In this document: positions 1-9,007 of the stretch, piece after piece
Position numbering within the stretch: the first letter of the stretch is position 1
Layout: every line of letters starts with the position of its first letter
IMG/VR virus record: IMGVR_UViG_3300005512_000200
Coordinates: 1 to 31,593 of that record
From: a virus
Taxonomy: Duplodnaviria > Caudoviricetes
Length of the DNA: 31,593 nt
Reading direction: 5' to 3' (one strand)
Made by a program: the position numbers and the translations under genes
Notes under the pieces: generated by a model
Database searches by the model: none
Seen by the model: only the letters and a program-made list of their open reading frames with translations
Told to the model about the DNA's origin: nothing

Positions 1-1
1 T

Positions 2-1135
2 GGCATCTGGATTAACGAAGCTAGGGAAATCCCGAAGTCAATTATTGATGCGTGTACTATGCGTGTTGGTCGTTTCCCCTCTATGCGAGAAGGTGGCCCT
101 AGCTGGTCTGGCGTTATTGCAGATACCAACGCACCAGAGGAAGATCACTGGTGGCCTATCATGTCTGGTGAAGTTCCTATTCCAGATCACATCCCTCAAG
201 AGCAAGCCAAGATGCTGGTCAAGCCAGACAACTGGTCGTTCTATGTACAGCCTCAGGGTATGCTCGAAGAGTATGATGAGAAGGGAGAGATCAAAGATTA
301 CAAGCCAAACAAGGATGCTGAGAACAGAAGAAATATGCTTGAAAGCTATTATCCGAATCTAATTCGTGGTAAAACTAAAAGCTGGATTGATGTGTATGTA
401 ATGAACAGGCTTGGCACAATCCAAGAAGGAAAGCCTGTTTATCCTATGTTTGCTAGTGAAACTCATATTGCAAAGGAAGAAATTCCTATTGCTATTGGTG
501 TACCGTTATATGTTGGTATTGACTTTGGCCTCACCCCTGCAGCAGTATTTGGACAGAAGGTTAGAGGTAGATGGCTCATACAATCAGAGATTGTCGCTAT
601 CGATATGGGCATTGTTAGGTTTGCGGAAGAGTTGCGTAGAGAAATAGCAACACGCTTTGGCAACCTAGAAGTTCATATCTATGGCGATCCGGCTGGCGAC
701 TTTAGAGCGCAGACTGATGAGTCTACTCCATTCCAGATCCTGAGGGGTGCTGGCCTCCGCGCTTTCCCTGCGCCAAGCAATTCTGTTGACTTAAGACTTG
801 AATCTGTGAATCAGGCATTGACAAAAATGGCAGATGGTATGCCAGCTTTTATGATTGATAGGCGGTGTCAGACCTTGATTAAAGGCTTCCAAGGTGGATA
901 TCAGTATAGGCGCATACAAGTATCTGGTGAAAGGTATGATGACAAGCCAGATAAAAATATGTATTCTCATATTCACGATGCGCTGCAATACTTAATGCTT
1001 GGTGCTGGTGAAGGTCGGCAGCTTATGTCTGGACAGAAGCAAGCAACTGCTTTTAATGCAAGAGTTGACTTTGATGTTTTTGCTAGACAGGCAAAGCCGA
1101 ACAGAAGAAAAGCTAGTCTATGGGCTAGATTGTGA
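2..1135 (+). CDS. terL: Terminase large subunit (5'-truncated by window edge)
   Basis: The frame is open from base 2 and reads GIWINEAREIPKSIIDACTMRVGRFPS (Walker B-like WINE). It has a DTNAP coupling motif, an RNase H-like nuclease motif VGIDFGLTPAAV, YGDPAG, and C-terminal SHIHDALQY. It lies upstream of the portal. Confidence 0.95.
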   Translation, partial: GIWINEAREIPKSIIDACTMRVGRFPSMREGGPSWSGVIADTNAPEEDHWWPIMSGEVPIPDHIPQEQAKMLVKPDNWSFYVQPQGMLEEYDEKGEIKDYKPNKDAENRRNMLESYYPNLIRGKTKSWIDVYVMNRLGTIQEGKPVYPMFASETHIAKEEIPIAIGVPLYVGIDFGLTPAAVFGQKVRGRWLIQSEIVAIDMGIVRFAEELRREIATRFGNLEVHIYGDPAGDFRAQTDESTPFQILRGAGLRAFPAPSNSVDLRLESVNQALTKMADGMPAFMIDRRCQTLIKGFQGGYQYRRIQVSGERYDDKPDKNMYSHIHDALQYLMLGAGEGRQLMSGQKQATAFNARVDFDVFARQAKPNRRKASLWARL

Positions 1136-1170
1136 GTTGAACAATTTTTGTTTTTATGTTTAAGGATAAT
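1130..1170 (+). promoter_or_regulatory. Putative late promoter with TTGTGAGTTG box
   Basis: TTGTGAGTTGAAC at 1130-1142 is followed by an AT-rich spacer and TAAGGATAAT. The same box occurs at 4447, 14911 and 30615. Confidence 0.5.
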
Positions 1171-1188
1171 AAACAATAGGAGTTTATT

Positions 1189-1413
1189 ATGTGTGTAGGC
1201 CCATTAGCCCCATCATCCCCACCACCTGCAGGAGAAACCCCTGAGGAAAAAGCAGCGCGAGAAGCTCAGATGGCTGAAGAGCAAAGAAGGCGTGCTGCAA
1301 GTAAGGCAGAACAACTTGAGATGGCTGCTGGCAAAGCAAAGCGCGGTACTGGTGCGCGGTCATTAATTACTAGCTCTGGCGGTGGTCGTGGCTTCTTCCA
1401 ACCGAAAGTTTAA
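1189..1413 (+). CDS. Small virion-associated protein (T7 gp7.3-like position)
   Basis: AGGAG RBS, MC..P-rich N-terminus, helical middle and G-rich basic C-terminus; lies immediately before the portal as in T7-like podoviruses. Confidence 0.7.
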   Translation: MCVGPLAPSSPPPAGETPEEKAAREAQMAEEQRRRAASKAEQLEMAAGKAKRGTGARSLITSSGGGRGFFQPKV

Positions 1414-1418
1414 TTATA

Positions 1419-3005
1419 ATGATTGTACAAACAGACACTCTTGATGGAGTATATACACCGACAGGTGTAGCTGCAGACTACCTTAAGAAGTATGAGAAGG
1501 CTAAGTCTGTTAGGGAAAACTTTGTTTCTTTATTTGAAGAGTGTTATGAGTACGCTCTACCGCAGAGGGAGTCTTTCTATGCTGAAGCAATCGGACAGCG
1601 ACGTGACGATAAAATCTTTGATGAAACTGCTGTGGTTGGAGTGCAAGAGTTTGCCTCGCGTCTACAGTCTGGCCTTGTCCCGAACTTTGCTCGTTGGGCA
1701 GATTTTACTTCGGGTTCTGAAGTGCCTCCTGAGGAACGTGATGAGGTTAATAATCAACTTGATGAAGTCACTGATTACGTTTTTGAAGTCATTCAAAACT
1801 CCAACTTTGGTCAAGAAGTTCACGAATCCTTTCTCGATCTTGCGGTAGGTACTGGTGTCCTTCATGTATCTGAAGGCAATGCAATCAATCCGGTAAACTT
1901 CTCAGCTATCCCATTGCCGCATGTAGTGCTTGATGCTGGCCCTGATGATCGCATCGATCACGTTTATCGTGAGCGCAGTATGCGTAACTCAGATATACCT
2001 AACGTGTATCCAAAGGGAACATTCTCTTCAAAGGTTATGGACTCTATTAAGCAGCGTCCAGACCAGAGAACAAAAGTCCTTGAGGTTGTGTGCAAAGATT
2101 ACTCTTCTAAGAATGAAGAGGCTTATTTGTTTTATGCAATCGAGATGTACACTAAGGACGTTATAGCGTCAGAACGTTATAAGGGCGTTGGCTCTAATCC
2201 TTTTGTTTGCTTCCGCTGGTCTAAGTGTGCTGGTGAAATCTATGGTCGTGGCCCACTTATCAATGCGTTAAGCGCAATCAAAACAACTAACCTTACCATT
2301 GAACTGATCCTAGAAAATGCACAGATGGCTATCTCTGGCATTTACCAGATGGAAGATGATGGCGTGATTAACCCTGATACAATCAATCTTGTCCCAGGGA
2401 CTGTCATTCCAAAAGCTGTTGGATCTACTGGACTTACACCAATTCAGTCTGCAGGATCCTTTGATGTTGCTAACCTTGTCTTGTCTGACATGCGCTTGAA
2501 CATTAAACGTGCGCTTTACAATGACATGCTGGGTAATCCTGATCGTACACCAGCATCTGCTACCGAGGTTGCAGAACGCATGGCAGATCTTTCACGCCGT
2601 ATTGGTTCAGCCTTTGGTCGTCTGCAAGCAGAGCTTGTACAGCCTGTATTGCAGCGTGTAGTTTATATCCTAAAGAAGCAAGGACGCATTGATCTGCCTA
2701 CAATTAATGGCAGAGATGTAAAGGTTCGCTCTGTTTCCCCTCTTGCACAAGCGCAAGCAAATCAGGATATTACTTCTGTTGCTCGGTTCCTTGAGTTAGT
2801 ACAGGGACGCTTTGGGCCTGAGATTACTAACATTCTAATCAACTCTGAAGAGACAGCCGTGTATCTAGCTAAGAAGTTTGGTGTACCTGATACTCTGATT
2901 CGTGATTTGAACGAGCGACAGCAACTGGTTGCAATGGCGCAACAGTATGCACAGCAACAGCAATTGACGAGTCAACAGGAGCAGCTTATTGGTGGACAGC
3001 AATAA
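1419..3005 (+). CDS. Portal / head-to-tail connector
   Basis: 528 aa with T7 gp8/BPP-1-type motifs FASRLQSGLVP..RW, RWSKCAGEIYGRGP, SATEVAER..L, SPLAQAQ and a Q-rich tail. Confidence 0.95.
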   Translation: MIVQTDTLDGVYTPTGVAADYLKKYEKAKSVRENFVSLFEECYEYALPQRESFYAEAIGQRRDDKIFDETAVVGVQEFASRLQSGLVPNFARWADFTSGSEVPPEERDEVNNQLDEVTDYVFEVIQNSNFGQEVHESFLDLAVGTGVLHVSEGNAINPVNFSAIPLPHVVLDAGPDDRIDHVYRERSMRNSDIPNVYPKGTFSSKVMDSIKQRPDQRTKVLEVVCKDYSSKNEEAYLFYAIEMYTKDVIASERYKGVGSNPFVCFRWSKCAGEIYGRGPLINALSAIKTTNLTIELILENAQMAISGIYQMEDDGVINPDTINLVPGTVIPKAVGSTGLTPIQSAGSFDVANLVLSDMRLNIKRALYNDMLGNPDRTPASATEVAERMADLSRRIGSAFGRLQAELVQPVLQRVVYILKKQGRIDLPTINGRDVKVRSVSPLAQAQANQDITSVARFLELVQGRFGPEITNILINSEETAVYLAKKFGVPDTLIRDLNERQQLVAMAQQYAQQQQLTSQQEQLIGGQQ

Positions 3006-3255
3006 CTTTGTAGGTATTGACGGATTTCGCCGCAGAAAGAGTGAAGACGCTATCATAAGCAAGAATGTTGCAAGCCTCTTTTCCACTGACACTGGAAAAG
3101 AAGTATTGCGCTACCTACGATCTATTACTATAGAATCAGTGAATGGTGCAGCAGTTTCTAATGATGAACTGCGGCATGTTGAAGGTCAGCGATATATCGT
3201 TGGCCTCATTGAGGGTCGTATTAATCACGGACATAAGGTGAAGATAAATGAGTGA
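2989..3255 (+). CDS. Small conserved protein, BPP-1 Bbp19-like
   Basis: LFSTDTGKEVLRYL...EGQRYIV pattern, typical of the small gene between portal and scaffold. Confidence 0.75.
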   Translation: MVDSNNFVGIDGFRRRKSEDAIISKNVASLFSTDTGKEVLRYLRSITIESVNGAAVSNDELRHVEGQRYIVGLIEGRINHGHKVKINE

Positions 3256-3997
3256 AGAGGGTCAAGTAGCAGAGTCTGGTGAGGCTCAAGTAGAGGATTC
3301 TGGCATCGTAACAGAAGGTGGCGATCCATTACTCCAGACAGAAGAACAGTCACGCCCTGAGTGGCTACCGGAAAAGTTTAAGTCAGCAGAAGATCTAGCC
3401 GCTGCTTATTCGTCTCTTGAGGGTAAGCTTGGTCAGAAAGAGCAGGAACTTAAAGATGCTTTTCTAAAAGAAATAGAAGAGCAAGCTTTTCAAAACAGAC
3501 CAGCGGATAAGGGTGACTATCAACTGCCGGAAGGCATTGATGAAACTCTTGCTGCAGATAACGAATTGCTTGGCTGGTGGGCAGAACATGCATTTGAGAA
3601 TGGCTTCTCTCAAGAAGAGTTCAGCGAAGGCATCAACATGTATGTCAATGCAATCAATGCTAATGTTCCTGACTATGATGCTGAGTTGCAGAAGCTAGGC
3701 GACAATGCCCCTGCTCGTACTGAAGCGGTAAGTTTGTTTGCTAATCGTTTCTTTCCAGAGAGTGTGATGCCAGCCATTGAGCGCATGTGCGAAACAGCCG
3801 ATGGTGTTATGGCACTTGAGCATATCATGGAATCTATGAAGGACTCATCCTTCTCTGAATCTACGAATAGCGCAAGCGCAATCAATGAAGATTCTTTGAA
3901 AGAGATGATGCGCGATGAGCGTTACTGGAAAGCTGGCAATCGTGATGCAAACTTTATCCGTCAAGTAGAAGATGGATTTAAGAAGCTTTATGGCTAG
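3248..3997 (+). CDS. Capsid scaffolding/assembly protein
   Basis: Acidic protein with RPEWLPEKF...LAAAYSSLEGKLG and C-terminal MMRDERYW...FKKLYG; located between portal and MCP. Confidence 0.85.
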   Translation: MSEEGQVAESGEAQVEDSGIVTEGGDPLLQTEEQSRPEWLPEKFKSAEDLAAAYSSLEGKLGQKEQELKDAFLKEIEEQAFQNRPADKGDYQLPEGIDETLAADNELLGWWAEHAFENGFSQEEFSEGINMYVNAINANVPDYDAELQKLGDNAPARTEAVSLFANRFFPESVMPAIERMCETADGVMALEHIMESMKDSSFSESTNSASAINEDSLKEMMRDERYWKAGNRDANFIRQVEDGFKKLYG

Positions 3998-4511
3998 AGA
4001 GTACGCAAGAGTCGGTAATATATACCTTACCGACTCAACTCTTTCACATGCAAAGCATGTTGCAGAAAAGATGCGTCCTCACGATATTCGTGAGTGCGCG
4101 ATCCATATGCTATCTCCTATAGAAGCTTTGACCATTCCCTTAGAGACAGAGGGAACAAAAAACTATACTGTAATGCACAACGACACACCTATTGGGATGT
4201 GTGGAACTGTTGCCACAGAAGACAATCAGGCTAGGGTCTGGCTTCTTGGCACAACAGATATAGATGCAAATTATTTTAACTTTGCAAAAAGTAGCAGAGT
4301 TGGCGTTGAGTTTCTTCAAGGAACCTACGATCTCATTGAAAACTATGTACCTATTGACCATCACCACACAATAATGTGGTTGGCTTGGTCTGGCTTTGTT
4401 GTTCTTGATGAGCGTCTAATTCTTAATGGACACGAACTGTTACGTTTTGTGCGTTGCAATTCTGTACAATTTAGTGTTTATAATACGTCTAATCGGCCTG
4501 TAATACACTGA
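3990..4511 (+). CDS. T7 gp13-like (DUF2833 / GNAT-fold) protein
   Basis: VAEKMRPHDIREC, PIGMCG, VWLLGT and IENYV.....IMWLAWSGF match the gp13-like acetyltransferase-fold pattern. Start placed at the ATG overlapping the scaffold stop region. Confidence 0.8.
   Translation: MAREYARVGNIYLTDSTLSHAKHVAEKMRPHDIRECAIHMLSPIEALTIPLETEGTKNYTVMHNDTPIGMCGTVATEDNQARVWLLGTTDIDANYFNFAKSSRVGVEFLQGTYDLIENYVPIDHHHTIMWLAWSGFVVLDERLILNGHELLRFVRCNSVQFSVYNTSNRPVIH
4447..4484 (+). promoter_or_regulatory. Putative capsid promoter
   Basis: TTGTGCGTTGCAA at 4447-4459, a 19-bp spacer, then perfect TATAAT at 4479-4484, 110 nt upstream of the MCP ATG. Confidence 0.6.
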
Positions 4512-4594
4512 GCGACCCGCTAGGACAATCGCGTTGAGGATGTTGAACAGATAACCGCGACAATAGTAACTCTCTTTGATAAGGAAAGCTTAAA

Positions 4595-5407
4595 ATGGCT
4601 AATACAATTGACCAAGCCTTTATTAAGCAGTTCGAGTCCGAAGTTCATATGGCTTATCAGCGTATGGGTTCCAAGTTGCGGAACACTGTTCGTTCAGTAA
4701 GCAATGTAAATGGTAACACTGTACGTTTCCAGAAAATCGGAACTGGCTCTGCTTCAACAAAGTCTCGTAACGGCAACGTTACTCCAATGGAACTGGCTCA
4801 CACCAATGTTGAAACAACAATGGCTGACTACTATGCAGCCGAGTACATCGACAAGCTGGATGAGTTGAAGACCAACATCGATGAGCGTCAAGCTGTCGCT
4901 AAGTCTGCTGCTGCAGCACTTGGTCGTAAGACTGACGACATTCTTTACACAGCAATGGACGCTGGTGCTAACGCAACTCAGCTTGGTTCTGCTGGTTCTG
5001 CTGTTGGCAAGACTCAGCTTCTGTCTGTGTTTGAGACATTTGGTTCTGCCGATGTTCCTGAGGATGGCGGTCGTTACATTGCGATGCATCCAAAGGGTTA
5101 TGCTGATTTGTTTGCAATCAACGAGTTTGCTTCTAGCGACTTTGTTGGTGAGCAAAACCTCCCATTTGCGGGCGGCATGACAATGAAAGAGTTCTTGGGC
5201 TTCAAGATCTTCTCAACTTCTGCTGTAACTGCTGGCAAGAACATGGCCTACCACACTTCTGCTGTAGGTCTTGGTATTGGCGCAGACGTTACAACTGAGC
5301 TGAACTATGTAGCCGAGAAAGTCTCTCACCTTGCAACCTCAATGATGTCTATGGGTGCTGTTGTTATTGACGACAACGGTGTCTATGAACTTCTTGACAA
5401 CAACTAG
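4595..5407 (+). CDS. Major capsid protein (BPP-1 Bbp17/T7-supergroup type)
   Basis: MANTIDQAFIKQFESEVHMAYQRMGSKLRNTV N-terminus, AAAALGRKTDDI and FLGFKIF; strongly biased codon usage; AAGGA RBS. Confidence 0.93.
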   Translation: MANTIDQAFIKQFESEVHMAYQRMGSKLRNTVRSVSNVNGNTVRFQKIGTGSASTKSRNGNVTPMELAHTNVETTMADYYAAEYIDKLDELKTNIDERQAVAKSAAAALGRKTDDILYTAMDAGANATQLGSAGSAVGKTQLLSVFETFGSADVPEDGGRYIAMHPKGYADLFAINEFASSDFVGEQNLPFAGGMTMKEFLGFKIFSTSAVTAGKNMAYHTSAVGLGIGADVTTELNYVAEKVSHLATSMMSMGAVVIDDNGVYELLDNN

Positions 5408-5418
5408 GAGACTGAACA

Positions 5419-5688
5419 ATGGCTTTTGATGCAGCAAACCTAGTTCGTATTGGCGGTGGTTCAGGTCGTGCGTTGTGGTATTACACAACTACTGAGGCAC
5501 AATCCGCTGTACAGGTAGAAGATTACTTTCTTCCTGCAATCAACATGATTAACAAGAACGATGTAATCATCTGCGTAACAGCAACTGGTGGAACACCAGT
5601 AATTTCTCATGCATATTGCAATGAGAATGATGGCACTACAATCGATATTGTTAATGGTGTTGCTATCACCAATACTGACTCCGACTAA
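5419..5688 (+). CDS. Small structural (decoration-like) protein
   Basis: AGGAG RBS; directly follows the MCP and precedes the hairpin terminator; beta-rich with a YF motif. Confidence 0.7.
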   Translation: MAFDAANLVRIGGGSGRALWYYTTTEAQSAVQVEDYFLPAINMINKNDVIICVTATGGTPVISHAYCNENDGTTIDIVNGVAITNTDSD

Positions 5689-5694
5689 TAGGGG

Positions 5695-5720
5695 GAGGGG
5701 GCTTCGGCCCCCTCAACTTT
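5695..5720 (+). terminator. Post-capsid hairpin / leaky terminator
   Basis: GAGGGGGC-TTCG-GCCCCCTC is a perfect 8-bp stem with a cUUCGg loop and a weak tail (AACTTT). Its position is analogous to T7 T-phi. Confidence 0.75.
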
Positions 5721-5721
5721 C

Positions 5722-6315
5722 ATGGCAGTAACCAGCATTGCATCCAACTCACCAATTGATATTTGTGCCAAGGCATTAATTCTTATTGGTGCAGACCCGA
5801 TTACTTCATTTAGTGAAGGCACTACAGAGGCTCTTGTCTCTGTAAATATGTATGAGGATGTTGCAAGAGCATCTCTTGTCAACACACGCTGGCGGTTTGC
5901 CACAAATCAGGCTGTGCTTAACAGGCTTACAGCCGCGCCTACAGGTAGGTACAATTATGCCTATCAGCTACCCTCAGACAATCTGATGGTACACGCTATT
6001 ACAGTTACAGACTTGCCAATTGAATATCAAATCTATGGCGACAAAGTATACGCAGATACATCTACATCTGATGTAGTTATTGCAGACTATTCCTTTAGGG
6101 CTGGTGAAGAGAACTGGCCTTCATATTTTGTTATCGCTGTTGAATATGCACTAGCAACAATCTTTGCTTCATCTATTGCAAGGGATGCAAATCTTGCAAA
6201 CATTATGGAAAACCAAGCGCAACGTGCTATGGCAAAAGCTAGAAACTTAGATGCACAACAGCAGACAACAAGAAAGCTTACTACTTCGAGGTTCATTTCT
6301 GAAAGGCGCAGCTAA
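5722..6315 (+). CDS. Tail tubular protein A (T7 gp11-like adaptor)
   Basis: IDICAKALILIGADPITSF, W.FAT and YAYQLPSD motifs; position after the MCP. Confidence 0.88.
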   Translation: MAVTSIASNSPIDICAKALILIGADPITSFSEGTTEALVSVNMYEDVARASLVNTRWRFATNQAVLNRLTAAPTGRYNYAYQLPSDNLMVHAITVTDLPIEYQIYGDKVYADTSTSDVVIADYSFRAGEENWPSYFVIAVEYALATIFASSIARDANLANIMENQAQRAMAKARNLDAQQQTTRKLTTSRFISERRS

Positions 6316-8552
6316 TGCCAACTAAGATCCGTGTGCCTCTTACTAACTTTCAGTTTGGTGAACTCAGCCCATCTATGCTCTCAAGAACAGACTTGAGCGT
6401 GTATAACAATGCGGCAAAGAAGATAACCAATCTCCTGATTAAATCAGAAGGCGGTCTGAAGAAACGCTTTGGATCGCAGAAGATCTATGAGTTTGACACA
6501 ACCATAGACACAAGTAAGACGCAGCAAATTAGGATTGAGCCGTTTGTCTTTTCAGATGATGAGAGATACATTGTATCTTTTGAGCATCAGAAGATCCGTG
6601 TGTTTATTATTGATCCAAACACAGGCGTTGTATCTCTAACTGCTACAATCACTCAGGATACAGATGCTGTTACCTTGCCAATTACTGACAGCATCCTACA
6701 AGAGATTAGCTTTGTACAAGCTGGCGATGTTATGTTTATCGCTCACAGTTCTTTTGCTTTCTTACTACTAACAAGAACAAGCTTAACTACATTTGAAGTG
6801 CGTCCATATGTATTTGATGTGGATGCTAATGACGATATTATTTATCAGCCCTACTATCCATTCCAGCCACTTGGCATGACTCTTGATGTAGACAAGACAA
6901 CAGGAACTGGTGCAATTCTGACAACCAGTGCTGATTACTTTACGTCAGATCACGTTGGAAAGGTTATTAGGTATCAAGGTAATGAGATTGAAATCACTGC
7001 TTACACCAATGCAACAACAGCAGTTGGAACAATTAAAGATAAGCTTGAGGTTCATCTGGACTTCAATGCTTTTAAAACTACAGAAGGTATTGCTGATGTT
7101 GAAGTAACACAGGTTGCTCATGGATTAAACATTGGTGATGCTATTGTTGTCGATCATGCTGGTACTGTTGGTGGCATTAGCAAGAACCAATTGAATGGTG
7201 CTAGGACTATTGCAGATGTTCTTGATGAGAACAGATATGTATTTGTTGCTGGTGCTAACGCAACCGAATCAGTAGATGGCGGCGGCACTCCAAAGATTGA
7301 AACACATGCACCAACTATCTCTTGGGATGAGCAAGCGTGGAGCAGCATCCGTGGCTTTCCAACGGCAATCTGTTTCCACGAGAATCGCCTATGGGCCGCT
7401 GGTACAAGCTCTAAGCCTAATGGTATTTGGGCAACTAAGATTGGTCAGTTCTTTAACTGGGATGTTGGCGATGGTGCTGACAATGATGCTCTCGACTTGA
7501 CTGCAACTGTAGGCGAGATCAACTCTATTCGCCACATTGTATCTAACAGAGACTTGCAGTTGTTTACCTCAACATCTGAGTTTTATATTCCATCTTTGAC
7601 TACCAGTGCTATTACCCCTACCAATGCACAGATTAAATCACAGACTCCATATGGCGCATCTTATGTGCAGCCAAAGCCGTTTGATGGATCAACAATCTAT
7701 GTGCAGCGTAATGGCAATGTAGTGCGTGAGTATGTTTACGATGACTCAGAAGGTGCTTATGTATCTGGTGCATTGTCTGTTCTGTCTTCTCATCTAATTA
7801 AAGTTCCAAAGCAATTGTCTATTGCTCAAGGGGCTTTGAATCGCCCAGAGTCCTATGCGTTCTTTGTAAACAATGATGGAACTATATCTGTTCTTTACAG
7901 TGATCGTGTAAACAAGAAAGCTGGCTGGTCTGAGATCACAACCAATGGTGAGTTCCACTCTATCTGCACAGTAGATGAAAGGGTGTTTGCTGTAGGTAAA
8001 TATGATCTAGGCGATGGTACTGACAAGTACATTCTTATGGAACTGACTGACAATGCTAACCTAGATTTTTCTGGAGAGTTTAGCTTTACCTCTGGTGTTG
8101 CCACAGTTTCGTCACAGTTTAACAATGGTGCTGTTGTTGCTGTTGTTGATGGCGATGACTACTATGGAGAATTTACTGTAGCTGGTGGGCAAGTTGATAT
8201 ATCATCCGTTTCAGAACTCACTGCATCTAATGTAGAGGTTGGATACAAGTTTGACATCGAAGCAATCACATTGCCTATTGATGCCAACGCTGCCAACGGC
8301 CCTATTACTGGCGAGCCTCGCAGCGTCAATAAGGTAACGCTTGACTTGTATGATACATTGTCTGTGTCGGTAAACAATACACGCTTGCTAATCTATCAGG
8401 TAACTGATGACTTTAGCCTTAGCAGAACGCCTGTTACTGGCAAAAAAGAATTTAGACTACTTGGGTATTCCAAGGATCCAGTAGTCACAATTAGTCAATC
8501 TGCGCCATTAAAGATGCAAGTTAATGGCTTGGTAGCGGAGGTAATATTCTAA
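6315..8552 (+). CDS. Tail tubular protein B (T7 gp12/P22 gp10-like nozzle)
   Basis: NFQFGELSP..L.RTDL, GGLKKRFG, GFPTAICFHENRLW and LQLFTSTSEF; 745 aa, beta-propeller-like. Confidence 0.92.
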   Translation: MPTKIRVPLTNFQFGELSPSMLSRTDLSVYNNAAKKITNLLIKSEGGLKKRFGSQKIYEFDTTIDTSKTQQIRIEPFVFSDDERYIVSFEHQKIRVFIIDPNTGVVSLTATITQDTDAVTLPITDSILQEISFVQAGDVMFIAHSSFAFLLLTRTSLTTFEVRPYVFDVDANDDIIYQPYYPFQPLGMTLDVDKTTGTGAILTTSADYFTSDHVGKVIRYQGNEIEITAYTNATTAVGTIKDKLEVHLDFNAFKTTEGIADVEVTQVAHGLNIGDAIVVDHAGTVGGISKNQLNGARTIADVLDENRYVFVAGANATESVDGGGTPKIETHAPTISWDEQAWSSIRGFPTAICFHENRLWAAGTSSKPNGIWATKIGQFFNWDVGDGADNDALDLTATVGEINSIRHIVSNRDLQLFTSTSEFYIPSLTTSAITPTNAQIKSQTPYGASYVQPKPFDGSTIYVQRNGNVVREYVYDDSEGAYVSGALSVLSSHLIKVPKQLSIAQGALNRPESYAFFVNNDGTISVLYSDRVNKKAGWSEITTNGEFHSICTVDERVFAVGKYDLGDGTDKYILMELTDNANLDFSGEFSFTSGVATVSSQFNNGAVVAVVDGDDYYGEFTVAGGQVDISSVSELTASNVEVGYKFDIEAITLPIDANAANGPITGEPRSVNKVTLDLYDTLSVSVNNTRLLIYQVTDDFSLSRTPVTGKKEFRLLGYSKDPVVTISQSAPLKMQVNGLVAEVIF

Positions 8553-8998
8553 TGGCATTTCAAGTATTAATGGCAATCAGTGCTGGTCTTTCCGCTTACT
8601 CAGCAATTCAAGGCGGCAGGGCTGCAAGGCAAGCTGCAGCATTTGATGCAGCACAACTTGAGAAGCAAAAGAAGCAAGTAGCTCTTGAGGCAATCCAGCG
8701 TGAGAATGATCGCATGGAACAGTTTGAGTCAGCAACAGCAAGCAACATTGCTTGGTTTGCTTTCTCTGGGCGTGACATGAGTGACCGATCAGTTAAAGCT
8801 TTCTTGGATAAGCAGAAGGACGTTGCTTACAGTGACGTTAAGAGAAGCAACTATCAGGCTACCGCTGAGACAGCAAGACTTGGAGATCAACAGCGTCAAC
8901 GTCTTTATGAAGGTCGTCAGGCGCAAAAGGCATCGTACATTCAAGCAGCAACCTCTATTGCTTCTGGCTGGTATAAGTACGAAACCGTTAAAGTGTAG
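8552..8998 (+). CDS. Internal virion (ejection) protein, gp14-like
   Basis: Hydrophobic A/G-rich N-terminus and A/Q-rich helix; first of three increasingly large genes after tube B. Confidence 0.75.
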   Translation: MAFQVLMAISAGLSAYSAIQGGRAARQAAAFDAAQLEKQKKQVALEAIQRENDRMEQFESATASNIAWFAFSGRDMSDRSVKAFLDKQKDVAYSDVKRSNYQATAETARLGDQQRQRLYEGRQAQKASYIQAATSIASGWYKYETVKV

Positions 8999-9007
8999 GT
9001 TAGTAAC

